Origin: Camelus dromedarius
Taxonomy: Eukaryota
DNA: 64,000 nt
Direction of reading: 5' to 3'
NCBI RefSeq assembly: GCF_036321535.1
Contig: NC_087436.1
Span: 53,446,001 to 53,510,000 of the forward strand
Within the stretch, counting starts at the first letter, position 1; each line of letters starts with the position of its first letter. This document shows, one piece after another, positions 39,136-53,693 of this stretch. Both the position numbers and the translations under genes were made by a program. The notes below the pieces were generated by a model, which saw only the letters and a list, made by a program, of their open reading frames with translations, did not search any database and was not told where the DNA came from.

Positions 39136-40859
39136 TAACAATTTTCATGAGCTCCCTTCTCATCATAAATTCTTGAATCCCGAGTTATTTTAATAGAAGA
39201 GTTTCACAATTAACATTTACCCTTGGAACTGGGGAGAGGCTCGGCTTCTCTTGAAACACACGGCTACTTTTAACACACTTTAAAAAAATCAGTATTCCAT
39301 TAATAAGGAAATAGTTGCGGGTAGGGCAAGAGTAGGAAGTTGGTTGCTCAATAAGCAAACAATATTATCAGCCACACTTTGTCATGCTGTGGACTTATGT
39401 TAGGTTATCAGCATTTTTACTCATTTTTCCAGAGAGTGCAGTGATTGCTGGATGTGATCATGTTTCTGTCTGAATAGTACTGATTTCAGCAGTAACCAAT
39501 AGTAAGTCTTACACTAAAAATGTTAAGGTAGACAAAATCTTACAACAGACTTGAAAAGCTATCAAACTGATCATTTTTCCTTCGTGTGATCCTAAAAACT
39601 ACACAGTGGTTGACGAACTACCAGTAAAATGCTGAGAAACAGTTTCCACCTTTTTCAAGGTTGCTCAACTAGGGAAAAGACAAGACATCAGAACACGTTT
39701 GTATTATCGAACTGTGAGTGAATGGAAGAAAACTTTTATAGCTTTTTAAAAAATATATTTATATCCTTGTCATCCTGCTAAGGAAAAAAAAATTACCTGA
39801 AAAATGAGAGCCAGAGTTTTCCTTCTTTAATAACTACAGAATTTGCCACAGAAAATGTCAGGCTGACTAAACCCTCCTTTCCAAAGTCCTAGCTGTATGC
39901 CACACTTGAGGATCTTCAACTTTTAGAGCCACACATGGAGCTCAGGGGCATCGTCTCAGGGTCCGTAGATGTATTTGAAAGGGCGTTCTAAGTCCAGGAG
40001 ACTGAGTCGGGGGATTGGTGGTAACTGAAGCCTCATCCTCTCACATGCTCACTGGAAAATATGCTGGAGCCTTGGAACCCCATGGGTGTTGCTAAAATAT
40101 GACACAGATGTAAATAGAAGTTTTGGTCTAGGGAATAGTGGTGACTGTAATTGTCTCGGTTACCAGGAGATTTAAAGGAGAAAATAAAAGAAGCACCACA
40201 ATTTGGAGGGAAAAGATAATTGGTAAAGGATTTCAGGAGAGAGATTTAGAAAGGCTCAAAAAGGATTTGAAATATGATCCAAAGCTTCGCTGGTGTAAAA
40301 GGTGGGAAGGCTTCTTTGTAGATTTATTGCTGCTTTTCATACAAGTGAAAAATTGAAGGATCTGATATTATTTAAAATCTTAACATGCAACTAAAGACTT
40401 CCTTCTTTGCTTTTCAGTTTGTTTTCTATTCCGAGTTGCTATCCCTACTTTGTTTTTGAAATTAAAACCACAGAAATAAAGTCTTGCATCAATCAATTTT
40501 TTTCTTCCTTGAATTTCGTGATTATAGAGATCTTTGGTGTTGTGGACTGCAAGTCTCAGGACTAAGCGTGTCCTGAGACTTCCAGAGTTCTGTCTTGTAT
40601 GGTATAATCTCCATTGAGATTTAATGGTATTTTAGTAAATCTTAATACAGAAAAAGGAAAGTACTCAAAAGACATTTACTTTTCTCGTAACTAAAGATGT
40701 ACATTAAATTCTTCCTCCTCTCTATGCTGATTTTGGCCTCTCATTCCTCTTTAATTCATGAAAAAATTCATTTTCTTAAATACCTTTGTCACCCACTAAG
40801 TAAGCACACTGTAGAGATTTGTTGGAAAAATTAATGAATAGATGTATGATTTCTTTTAG

Positions 40860-40998
40860 GATGGAAGAGTGTAGAAAGCATCCCAAAGTTGGTGTCTGAA
40901 TATATGTCCAAAAAAATAAAGGTTGATGAATTTGTGACTCACAATCTGCCTTTTGACCAGATTAATGAAGCCTTTGAACTGATGCATGCAGGGAAGAG
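40860..40998 (+). CDS. ADH5: ADH5 exon 8
   Basis: 139 nt, [49 protein letters not shown]. Confidence 0.97.
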
Positions 40999-41131
40999 GT
41001 AAACTTTCTCTTTAACTGTGTAGTGTAGAATGTGGTAATGACTTGGGGTTATGGAGGAAGAAGGGTAAAAAAACAGTTTTAGTGGTGTTAAATCACTCAG
41101 AACTTATGTTTATTACTTCTGTCTCTTACAG

Positions 41132-41156
41132 CATCCGAACCATAGTAAAGTTTTAA
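41132..41156 (+). CDS. ADH5: ADH5 exon 9 (terminal coding exon)
   Basis: acag|C ATC CGA ACC ATA GTA AAG TTT TAA = (S)IRTIVKF*; nine exons total 1125 nt = 374 aa plus stop. Confidence 0.96.
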
Positions 41157-41417
41157 ATTTCAAAGAGAAAAAAACTCAGCCATCCTTCTAAGACTCCTGG
41201 TCTCACTGGAGCAGCCAGACAAGCAGGGAGGACCTCTTTCAAGTTCACAGCCTCATTAGCACAGCCTTACAGCCCTTCATTAACCCACTCTAGGGAATAA
41301 TGTTTTGTGTATAATTCATAAATCTCTAATCAAGGACAAGGCTGTTACTGTCATAAATCTGTTTTCTGGACTCTTCTTTACAAATAATTGCTAGCTCATT
41401 AAGGAATACTTTAACAT

Positions 41418-41423
41418 AATAAA
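41418..41423 (+). terminator. ADH5: Probable proximal polyadenylation signal of ADH5
   Basis: AATAAA ~260 nt after the stop, followed by GT-rich sequence. Confidence 0.65.
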
Positions 41424-44400
41424 AGGAATTTCTGTATACGTGTGGAAGTGTCAGCTCTGTTTTACACCGAATTCACGGTTCCTCTCCCCATTATCTTCAT
41501 TCTTTAAAGGAAAGATGGAGGAAGCCAGACAGTGATGAGTATCTGAACCCTGTGTCCTGCTGTCCTCAGTAACTTTCACTTAGCTTTTAACTCAAGCCAG
41601 TTTACAAAAGAGCAGATTTCTCCAGCTGTCAGTGGCAGAGTTAATCAGAACACAAGTCTGCTTCTGTGAGATTATCTTCTTGAGGGCGGATGCCCTGCAC
41701 TGTTCGGACTCAGACTCCTAGTCCGTAGTACGGCATCTGGCCCACAGCGGGCAGTAACATTCCCCACTGGAACTGCCTTCTGAGCTGAAGTAAGGATATG
41801 TGTGTTGATGGTGGCTCTGTGAACTATTTCAAGTATATGGAGAATAGACTTATTTCTATACTGAATATCCAAATTTTCAGTGCATATTTTGTCAAATCTT
41901 TACATTTTACCACTTCCAGACCACACTCTCTTTCCTCTCCTGCAGTGGTCAACATCCAGAATTTGGTGTTTATCACTCCAGTGCGTGTTGCCGTACTTGG
42001 ACGTTACAAACCTATAAACCCGCTAGTCCTCAGTGTTGTCCATCTTTTAAACTTGACACAGTCTCATTCTGCCACTTTCATTTTTTTACTCATTATTGTG
42101 TAACTAATCCGTGTTGTGTATATACTCCCATTCATTAATTTTAGTACTGTGCAGCAGTACTATAGAACTACCATAATTGACCTGTCTCCAGTTGATGGCA
42201 TAAAGTGGTCTCCCAGACTGTTTCTGTATTTATTAGCAACTCTTTGGTGGAACATTCTTGTCCATTATACTCAGTGTGTTACTTAGGATGTACATCATAG
42301 GGTAAGCTGCTCTTCACACTCATCTGACTTGCAAATCAGATGAGTGTGAAGTGACTTTAGTTTGCATTTCCCTCAGTTACTAACGTCTTTCGATTTTATT
42401 GGCCATTTGTATTTCCTTTTTTTGCAAAGTAGCTATTCACATCCTTTGTCCATTTTTCTATTGGATTATTTCTCTTTTTCTGAGTAGTTTTTAGGGGTTC
42501 TTTATTGTAGACACCAGTCCTTTGTCAGTTTTACATTTTATTTTAATATATGTTGTATTTCTTATGTTAACATCAAATCTATCAGTCTTCCTGGTGCTGT
42601 TAAGTAACATTTAGGGTGCTTTACCCTGAGCAAAATATAGAAGCAAACAAAAGTGGTGCATAATTTGAGGTAACCCATTAACAGAAATAAATGTATGAAG
42701 GCAGTATATCCCAGAGTTAGAACATTCACAGAGAAACATTACATGAGAAAGAAGTTATAGTTTCCTCTACCCCCCAAAATAGGTGACCACTGTTAAGTTT
42801 ATGTATCTTCCCAGAAGTTTCTATGAATAAAATAGCATTTATACATATACTTCAAATTTCCACAAAAGAATAAATACTATTAACACTATCCTGAGCTTTT
42901 TGTCTTTTCCACAAAATAGCACATTTTGGACTATTTTTGTATCAGGACACCAGATATGCCATGCACGTAAATATCTTTTGATGGCTTGAAACCATTTTTT
43001 TTTAATTCTTCTGGTTGATGTGGCTTAACTGCTCCCAAAAGGTTGTGTTTATGAGAGAGCAATATTTAGTTGATTGAAAAGTGGAAAAGTGGCAGTTATG
43101 GTCAGGACTTCTTTTTGGGTCTTTGAAGGGCCAGGCAATACAACCTAGCTTCTCTCATCTTACCTGGAGGGCTGGAGACAGTAAGGGCCCAGGTGGCCTG
43201 GATTGTCCTGGGTTAACTGGAAGAGAAGGAAATTAAAACTAGCTCCTATCCCAGCTGTAAGAAATGTACTTTTAATCTCGTTTGTTTTACCTCAGCCCTC
43301 CAGGAAGTATATTATTGCCTTAGGCAACTGCAGTAACAGAATGGGCGTGTAGGTTGACAATGGTGGAGCACTACTAATTTTTTCAAGTTTTTTTTCCCCT
43401 TCATTTTTTTCTCATACATGAGTTATACATGAATGAGAATGGTAAACATTTTTATGGTCACCAATATGAGAAAATAGAACAATTTTAAGACAGTAAAATA
43501 ATGTAAGTCCAATTCTTGTAGCTGGCCAATTAGGGAGCTTGCTTCTCATTTCTGTCACAGTGAAGTACATACTCCTGAGCCAGCTAATTCAGTTTAACAA
43601 ACGGGAGCATTTCCCAACTGAAAACACAATTGTCTCTTTCAAAGAACCAGTATGAAGAATCAGTTTTATAAGAGCCCACTACCAAGATTTTTGGATCATG
43701 GAACCATAGGTATAAAGTATTTTTTGTTAAGATCCTTTTAGTACATTCTCTTGGATGACATCTGGGTTGTTGTATATACTGCAGAACCAAATAGATTTTG
43801 GAGGAATGTACAACACAGGACTAAAAAACATTCACTATGTGCATGTCAGCAAATCCACCAAAATTAGTATTGTACCACCTTAGAAGTGTTGGGAATTTTT
43901 TAAAGGTATCTTTAAACCGCTTTCTTGGACAAAAGATGTAATTTTAACACAAATGGCTATCCTCCACTGTATATTTCATGGAAGCTAGTAAAAAATTTTT
44001 AAGGATCTAAAGTTTTACAATATTAGGAACCAACTTTAAACAACTCTGTTTTTGTTTTTTATTGAAAATGTTCATATACTAGGCATTTTTCAAGTCTTTT
44101 CTTACGTGCTTTTCCATTTTCAGCATGTTGGCCTAATCTGTTTTCAATTTAACCCACCTAGTGTTCACTGTAAAAACACAGGCCACATACAGGCATGTCT
44201 GACTTGGAACAAGTTCTTTACTACATGCACAGGGAACTAGCATAGAGTAGAAAGTGAGGAATGAGGAGGTTTCTGAAGTGAAGAAAAAACTGCAGTACGT
44301 CCAAACTTTTGTTACAGTGGACCCAGTTAATGTGTACACAACTTACACCAAACGAAAACGGCTCCAAAAGATACACATAATGCTACTTCCATTTATTCTA

Positions 44401-46024
44401 TTTCAAAGCAAAATTAAATGGGGCTGGTAACTCTGGGAATGTTTTGCTGATCTGGGGAAGAGGAGCATATTTTACATGCACGGAATGCTTCAGAACATTT
44501 TCTGCTTGGCTGCCAGTCGCCCAAGTAGGCTGCTGATTAAAGCTGTACGGTAACTGCCAGTGCTTGGGACCTAGAGAAACTGCAGCTCGGGAAAGAAACC
44601 AACTTTGCATTCAGCCAGTTTTAAGTTAACTTGCAAGATCAGATTCTTTGTCAGCAAATACCCTTTAGAAAAAAATAGACCACAAACACATTTTGAAAAC
44701 ATTTTATTAAGTATATTTAAACAGTTAGTGAGATAATAAATGCACAGAACTCTACCAAGGGAATCATCTTTAAAGAAACAACTAGGAAGTGACCCGGTAC
44801 ATACAAAGTCCTCCATTACAAATTTCTTTTGGTGGCACTTTTCTCTATAGGAACAACGCAGGTGACATGGGCTTCTAAGCAGACTAATTTTTATCAATCT
44901 CGACATCCTAACAATTCCTTGTGATGAGGTACATAGGCACATGCTCCCTTCCACGGAAAGGACTGCTAAGCCACCACATAACTACCCTGAGTTTAGACAT
45001 CAACTGAAATACACTTAACTACCAAAAATACCTCGATACGTTAAACAAGATAGAAGAGCAGAAATTTGCTGTAAAATATGTTGCTTTCACTTATCTACAT
45101 CTTAATGCTAAAAATTCTTTTCCTTGGCTATTTTGTTTCCTCAGAATCACCCAGGGCTCAGATTTACTGATAAAGCTTAAAAACTTTTACCCTGAATTTT
45201 CTGTTGACTTCTGATCCAAGTACTGAAATTAAGCAAAATTGCTTTATAGCCACATTATATATAGAATAAAAGTTGCTAAGTGGTGATAATGTGGTATCAT
45301 TACCCAAATAGCGTACTTCCACAGAGAAACATGGTGATCTGTCCATGCAACCAGTTCAAAAAAAATGAACTCAGAGCCCTGGTGCCCTGGTTGTATAATC
45401 TTGTGCTCTTCTCGTGACACAGTAGTGCAAACGTGCCCCCAAACTTGTGGAAGTACTGGCACGTGTGTGTTGTCAGGAGTGGGTGAGGTGGCTGGAATAA
45501 CAGTCAGAGGGCCAGGCACCCAGGAGATGGAAGCAATTACTCTGCTAAAATCTTTGCGACAGTAAAAGGGCTGGACATCCACAAGAAGAATTACTTAAGT
45601 CCTTTGAACTATAACAAACATTAGTGGTAAGTGAGAATCTCCCCAGGAAGCCCTTCTTGAGCACTCCACATACTGGCTTTTTGGCACACTTTTCTAAGAC
45701 ACACCACTGTTGACTCATTTTTAAATATAACCACAGAATTGCCATATACAGGTGGTTCTGTTGTTGCTTATCCAAGTTCCCAAAATGAAATTCAGCAGGT
45801 AACAGGTAGCCAAGGCCACCCTACTCCTGCTTCCTTTTGCAAAATAACCAAATGCAAATCACTGTCTTTCTTTTTCATACTTAGCACCAAAAGGAAGAAG
45901 AGGTAAGAGAAGGCTATCACCAAAGGCCCCTCCAAGTTGAAACACAGTTGGGACCACAGAAATTCCATGCATGCAGCCTGTGCTGCATTTCTTTAGATGT
46001 TCATTTTTTAAATGAAACAAAACA

Positions 46025-46121
46025 GGGGTTGGGGGCATAGCTCAGAGTTAGAGCACGTGCTTAGCGTACACAGGTTCCTGGGTTTAATCCCCAGTACCTC
46101 CATTAAAAAAAAAGAAAGAAA
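46025..46121 (+). mobile_element. tRNA-derived SINE (camelid Vic-1-like)
   Basis: gcatagctcagagttagagcacgtgcttagc...ctgggtttaatccccagtacctcc plus A tail; TSD AAATGAAACAAAACA (46010-46024) / AAATGAAGCAAAATA (46122-46136). Confidence 0.85.
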
Positions 46122-47351
46122 AAATGAAGCAAAATACGTAACTTTCAGAATATTAGCATAATGCAGCCTATATTGTGAAACAATCTGTTCCTAAAACAAT
46201 GTCCAGATGTTTTTCCCTACTCTATTGGAAAATGGGCCACACATCTACATTATAAGTGGCATAATTTGCTCCTCTTGAGCAAGAGAACTTGGTAGAAGTC
46301 AAACACAATTAAATGTAGACAGAATCTTATCACACTATGTCAATCGGTTCCAGTATTTCTAACTCCCAGACCACTAAGAAATCCTTCCCACCCCTTCTGC
46401 ATATTTTGCCCCTAAGATTTGCTGCATTTATTGTTAAAAAGTAGCTCATGGTTTCTGAAATTTCGAATACAGTACGATCAAAGTTAATTACTTCAAATAA
46501 CTTGTATACCAATATTCTGTACCCCCTTAGTGAGATGTGTTCCAAGAATATAAAAGAATCACAAATTTTGCACTTAGTTTATTTTTGGTAGTGATTTTGA
46601 TGTAGTAATTTTAAAATAAAGCAAATAAGTAAATATCAATATTCAAAATCAAGTTCTCACCATGGAAGATGGAAAATACGAATATGGAACAGGAAAGGGT
46701 GAGGAAGATTAGTGTTAAATTTGAAATCAAACTATCAGAATGAATTCATGATTTATAAAATTCTATTTGCTGGCTCTGTTCCCTGAATGTGCCTAGAAGC
46801 AAGGACACCCCAGCAGCACCCAGATCTTGATTTCCAAATACCATTCCCCATGAAGAGAAACTAGGGCTCCTTGAGGAAATAGCCAATTCCCAGTCTGGGG
46901 CAGGAAAAGTGTATGATAAACCTAGAGCATCTTGATGTGGCAACAAGCAAGAACGTGCTCAAAGATGACTGGTGTCGGTCAAAGTGACCCATGACTAAGC
47001 TTCAAGCTGCTCCTACTTGCTAAAAATGGAACATTTATAGTAATTAAATTGAATTTTAAAAAAGAATCAGTGTGCTCACATTGATAATCAAAAAAAGTTG
47101 GTAGAGAGGGGAAAAAGTGCTTCTTAGTAAAAGAGTGCCAACAAATAAATGTAGATGGAATGCTATTTACAAAGTCCCAGTTTGCAGCCACCAAAAAAAT
47201 TACGGATTCTGGCAAGGCTTATTAATGCTAAACCCTGAGCGAACAGGATATCCGAGTGGTCTCCAAGTATCTCCTCCCAGATTTGCTTAAGAAAAGAAAG
47301 ATATTCTTAAAATAGATCTGACAGAAACCAAGTGTTCAAATATATATTGGC

Positions 47352-47485
47352 GGAAGTAGGGTATAGTTCTAGTGGAAGAGCGCATGATCAGCATGCACAA
47401 GGTCCTGGGTTCCATCCCCAGTACCTCCTCTAAAAATAAATAAATCTAATTATCTCCTCCCTTAAAATTTAAGAAAAAAAATTTT
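47352..47485 (+). mobile_element. tRNA-derived SINE (camelid Vic-1-like) inserted in older L1-like sequence
   Basis: gggtatagttctagtggaagagcgcatgatcagcatgcacaaggtcctgggttccatccccagtacctcc plus A-rich tail; flanking direct repeat ATATTGGC. Confidence 0.8.
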
Positions 47486-48988
47486 AAACATATTGGCAAT
47501 AATATAAGAATGATATACGTGCCTCCTGCTATGACACAATGATTGGGACTCACCACATGCTGTCCACAGAGTTCGCCAAAATGTTTGTCCTGAACCTATT
47601 CGTGAGGAACAATCAGGGAAGGGCAGAATTCTACAAGCTAACTGGCCTGCTTTTTTCAAGTGTCAATTTCATACAAGATCAAAAAAGGTGGAAGGATTGT
47701 TCTAGAGTAAAAAATGACTACAGATGACAACCGAATACCATAGTTTTGATTCTGCATTTAAAAAAAGAAGAAACACTTTAAAGAACATTTTGGGGGAAAT
47801 TGAGACTCAAGTTTGAATACATACTATACATTAGACAATGCTATATCAGTGTTCAATTCCTTGGGTGTGAGAACTGTATTATGATTGTGGAGGAAATGTC
47901 CTTGTGTTTTAGGAGAGACACGCTGCAACAGTAGCAGGTGTCTTTCAAAAGAGAAGTGCTCATAGAGAGATGCTACAGTAACAACTATAGAATATAGGGG
48001 AAGGATATATGGTAATTTCTCTGTACTAGACTTCCAACTTTTCTATAAATGTGAAAATTTTTAAAATCCAAAGTTGGAAGATTAAAAAAAAAAAGGCCAG
48101 AAATAGCTTACAGATACCATGAGGGTACATTTGGGGGCATTAGCAAAGTGGAGCATCCCACTCTCAAATTTAACCAAACCCAACGAAAAGCCAGAAGTGA
48201 CAGGACAAACTGAGGAATCAAGCTAAGATGGCAAACTCCTAAATATCCGCTTCCTAGTAATTAGACATGTAGATGGCAAGTAATATAAAGGTGTTGGTGA
48301 ATGGGTACTAATGTACTTTAATCCATTCTATCAACAAGAAATAAAATGAAGATAAACGGCCAACATGTTTCCCTTCTACATTATTCCAAGGGGGATGGAG
48401 GACTGGCAGGAAACAAGGGGGGGGGGGGTTAAGTTAATTCCAAAAAGTTAATACACTGACATTTTGAAAAGTTGGCAGAATGATGAAAATACCCTAGATG
48501 TTTTCTCATCTAAATCTAGTAAACATCTGTAATTAGATACATACAATTAGACTGGAGCCCATATTGTTTTAAAATCTCCCAAACCAAGAAAAGCATCTTT
48601 ACCCGTGTGCTGGTTTTTACCTTTTAACAACCAAAAAACCTATCCCACCAAGATTTTTTTCCTTGAGCTTATCTTCTAATGATAGACACTGAATACGCCC
48701 ACAATTAATCCATTATCAGTACATAAAATGCTGTCCTAAATATTGAGCAATCTGTCTTAAATGAACTCAAAAATATGGATGCATCTCAAATCCTGCTAGA
48801 AGACTGCCAAACTAAACACAGTGCCGAAATTTTTATGCAGCCATTAAACTTTAAAAAGTATTCTTGCTCTAATAGTTACGAGTTTATTTAAGATTGGAAC
48901 AGCCACCCCATTCCCACCACTTCCCTCTGAAATCCCAAATAAATGCAGCAAAGTTAATGACTACATGGTGGGATAATCATTCAAACTT

Positions 48989-48994
48989 TTTAAT
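48989..48994 (-). terminator. METAP1: Candidate METAP1 polyadenylation signal (ATTAAA)
   Basis: ATTAAA on the minus strand ~1.5 kb downstream of the stop in AU-rich UTR-like sequence; usage not verifiable here. Confidence 0.4.
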
Positions 48995-50492
48995 CTCCCT
49001 TTACACATTATATTAACATTCATATTGCAAGGCATTCCATTCACAAATATTACAGTTTTATAAAAAACTTCACACACATACCCCCAAAAGTCTATACCAG
49101 ATTCAGTCACTTTACTAAATCATTAAAATAATAAAAGTAATGAAAACATCATCATAATTCCTTTAAAGCAATAAAGGTCTGAGGCACTCTGGGAAAGATG
49201 TTCTTGTACAAGTGGAACATGTCAGTGGTATCAAATTATCTTACAATAAAGTTACCAGATACTCGGTAATCAAGTACACTACGTGATGACGATGACTTTG
49301 ATCTGATATATCTTCACTGGATACACTACCATCTGGGCTGAACTACTGAAAAGAATACAGATATTGGGCAGCTGAGGTCATCTTTAATGAGGTTCCCAAC
49401 TATGTAAAGGTGAAGTGTGTTTTCAGGACACCGAGGACAGCTGCATCCCTCCCGAGGGAGCAGTCCAGTCTCCTAGGCAGTTCCTTGCTCATCACTACCA
49501 GGTTTACTAAGTGTTAGAATTACAGCCCACCTGACTCACTCTGCTCACTGCTGGTGAGATTTCGAACCATCTTTCCCCATCAACCTCCACAGTGCAACCT
49601 CTACCCTTCTCTGAATATTTCCACTGTGTGCCCTTGAAATAAGACGGAGGAAGGGAGCATTTTTTCCTCCCATTGTGACCAACGGAGGTCTGAAACAGCA
49701 ATGTATTACAAAAATCTCATGTTCTGCAACAGCCAGCTACCACTTGGGGCATGGCTATTTTTGCCATAAACTAAATTTTGAAAAACCTGATAACCTTTTT
49801 CCAAAGTGAATTTTGACACATCCATTCACTGACACAGAGTCCACATTGGAGACAAAGTCTCACTGACCGAGCGCTTCCTTATACACAACTGCAAGGGTAA
49901 TTAGCAGGAGGAGCTGGGAGGCCAATTTCCAACTGGGAATTAAATCACTGCAAACTATGGGTCCATTTATGACAGCACATAACCTGTCAGAGCAGAATCA
50001 ACACAAACCCCAGGTCACATAGTGTTCGGTAATTACATATACGAAATTTAAAATGTACACATATATATTTCCATACATATATAATAAAAAAAATCTGGAG
50101 CAACATATGTTGCTAAAGTTTCAAGGATTCTCATCTCCAACATTCACCTGGAAAGCAGCTGGCTCCTGATGGCCCAGTGGTGGCAGTGATAAAAGCAACT
50201 AGAAAGAAGCAGGTTTAAGTAAAAGTGCTCAAAGGGCAGAGGAGGAAACGGGGGTGCAGAGATATTTTTGTGGGGAGAAGAGAGCATTGAAAGGAGTTGA
50301 GAAATGTTTCCTTTATTCTTCTTGGCTTGACAAGTTCTTGAGGACACACATCAAATGCTGTAGTCCTTCCTTATCTATAGGCAAAACAAAACAAGTAATA
50401 AAAAATTTCCTCTTCCATTCTGTACTCTCAATAAAATGCATGGTACAGCCAGAAGGTATCACTGAGATGTGCCATCGCAGGAGAAATTAAAA

Positions 50493-50651
<159 letters not shown>

Positions 50652-52333
50652 TTAAATGAACAAACACACACAATTTCTGAATTCTATCACTCAGGTCGTT
50701 TTCCAAATAATCTCCATAGGTAAGTGTATTGGCTTGTACGCCTGTATCCTTGGATACTTTAGAGAACTGATTTTAAAATTCACTATTAATTTTTTTTAAT
50801 TCACCATTAAGATTCCTATTTACACTTTAATTGTTTAAGCTAAAGCCTTTCCAACTTCATTTTGGTCTTTAGCCCAACAAAGTAATAACAATGTTTAAAT
50901 TTCTGCAGGTGTGTGATGACTTAACATTTTTTATACTTTCCAAATACTAAATCAAGATGGCATTTCCAAAATAAAGGCACTTGGTTTCATTTTAGGAAAC
51001 ATACTGATACCACTCATTACCGAACTACCAGTAAAAACTGAATTAATGAATTTAAAAGCTCTCTCCTGGTATAAATGGCATCTCACTAGATTGTAGCCAA
51101 TTTATATTGTGAAAGAAATAGTGTAACTTTTTATACTTTTATTATAGCATTTAATTCCTGATATAATTATTAAATGGCAGGCACACAGATGGGAGAAAAG
51201 TTTATACTTTGAAACTTTTGTAGATCACACCTCTGTAACCAGAAAGAGGGCAGAGAAAGAAACAAAGATTGATGAGAAATTTAAAAAGGAGGTTAGAGAG
51301 GAAATGAAGGGATAGTGAAAGAAGCTGGGAAACAACGAAAGAGAGAGACTGAGGAGTGGGGCGGGCAGGGGAGGCACTGGTACAATGACAAAGTTCTGTA
51401 ATTCCAGATGCTGCTACCAAAATGTGTTCACAGAGACTTTCCTGTCTCCAAATTAGATGTCCAAAAACTCACTAGTCTTCATTCTAGGTAATCTTTATCA
51501 AAGATTAGGTCTCACTGGCTCACACAAATCCCAGAATGTAAAGTCTGCAGTGAAGTAACCTACTTTTGCAATATTAAATCCCAGTCTAAAAAGAAAACAT
51601 GAAGTGGCTTAGAGAAAGCTAACTCACGCTTTGTCAAACATCTAAAGATGCGTAAATGGATATTTTTCAATGTAACAAATGACCTTTTACAAATGGATTT
51701 AAGGCAACACTTAAATTTTATAGTGATCTGCTAAACCAGATTTCCCCGGTGGTGGTGTGACGCCACCTGCCGGCATGAGTGCAGACCCTGAAGGACACAG
51801 CTCGCCAGCTCAGAGTCCCACAAATTCTGCCCCGTTAACAAGCTAAGGGACTCTGGGCAAGTTACTCAGCCTCTTCAAACATCAGTTTGCTCTCCTGTAT
51901 AATGGGGATAGCACCTACCTCGTAAGTTGTGTAGAATTAAATTACATAACTGTGTCAGCATCAAAACGAGTTGGCTCTACCTTCATTTTTCCTCTTCTCC
52001 CCCACCCCCCACCAAGTCAAGCAAGAATTTCTACACAGGCTTGTCAGAGGCACCTAATTATCACAACGCACCCTTTGGCAGGATCTTTAGGAAAGGAGAC
52101 CAAGATTCGAGCACTTCAGCATCTACTGACAGCAGGAGATTACTGTGTAGAAGCACTGCTTTCTTCCAACCCTTACCATTTTCAAGTCTACATGATACTG
52201 AGCCAAGTTCAAGACAGGACAGGGAGTGGAAATGAAGCAAAAAGAAAGTAGAGCAGACTGCTAATCTGATCATGAGTAACCAGAAGTAAAGAATAATTTA
52301 ATTAAAGAATGTCACAGCAGCCTCTTTTCTCAC

Positions 52334-52399
52334 CTTCACAAATCATTGGCTCAATTGTAAATACGTGGCCGGCCTTCATCACTCCAACTGCTTTATTTT
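52334..52399 (-). CDS. METAP1: METAP1 internal exon (66 nt)
   Basis: [25 protein letters not shown]. Confidence 0.96.
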
Positions 52400-53693
52400 C
52401 TGAAATTAAAGAAAAAAATCCTACAGTATACTGTTAAACAGCTCCCTGGAAAAAAGTGCACAACTTATATTCCCATGTGTGATTCATAAATTAATTACTT
52501 TCTCCTCTCCTGATTCCCTTTTCTTAAAGTAGATCATTCAACAAACAGGGGTTTTACTGATAAGCATCCATTCTCGGGCAGATATTGTCCTTGGTATATT
52601 TCATTTTGCTTATGTTTTTTCTAGGAAAATACAGAGATGCCCATGGGCTGGATTTTAGACGTGCGTACCACTTCTATAAAAAGAAAGGAGCCCCTTTGTT
52701 GTAGCAGATTCAGAATTGCAATCATGGAACCAAGCAAAGCTCCAGGACTCATCCAGGTATGACAGTTTAAAGGAGAACAAGATACTTCAGATTATGCCAC
52801 AAGTCTCCCACCTCTGGGTGGGTGGGGGTGCAGCTGGGGGTGTGGGTAGGGGCAAAACAACCACACCATTTTCATAAAGTTTTGTAAATTGTCTCATCTT
52901 CAGAGGAGACCAAAGCCTCTGCACACCAACCTATTTTTTTTTTAATGCTAACAAGATTATTCCTCTTTGTTTGGTAACAAAAATTCCCCTTCTCCCTCGA
53001 AATACTTCTTTGGAGTTTTTTGTCCAAGTTCACTAATATGAAAATATTTTTCATCATGAGAAACACTTCTATGAATTAATGTGTCCAGACCAGCCATCTC
53101 CCCAAAAAGGCCAAAATTTGTAAGCAGGGATAGACCTTTTCAGACAAACTTAGACAAAAACGGAGAACCAGTTAAAATTTCAAACTAAAAACCAAGAACG
53201 GGTAAGAGCGTCAGTAAACGAGTGCCCGCACTTGCTCGGCCTGACCACCAGGTGGCAAAAGTACCAGCTTCCAAGTTTTCTTGGTAAGGCTGCAAGTCTC
53301 CGTGATGGCAACTCTAATGAGTGACAAGTGTCCACTGAGGTTGAATCTACCAAACGCCGCTCTGTCTGGGTGTGGTCCAACCTCACCCTCACATTTACAT
53401 ACCTGCACAGCTTTCCTTGTGAATAGCTATCATGTACCTTTCCACTATCTCAGGTATTGCCAAAATGCATTTATTCTACAGATTCCAAAACAGAGGTTTC
53501 TAAAGTGTTACAAAAATCTGAGGGACAAAAACAACTTTGACTTTTTACTTCCAATCTCATGAACTTTCTCTCCAAATGACATGCAGTTTACTACACATAA
53601 AGACTTGGTCATATTCCCTCGCGGATGTTAAAAGGAAAATGTCAAGGGAGTCAATGTGGTGTCACGGAAAGAAAAAAAAAAGGATAGAGGAAT

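Noticed and set aside
46025..46101. tRNA-like sequence as a true tRNA gene
   Set aside because: A tail, TSD and multiple diverged copies identify it as a SINE
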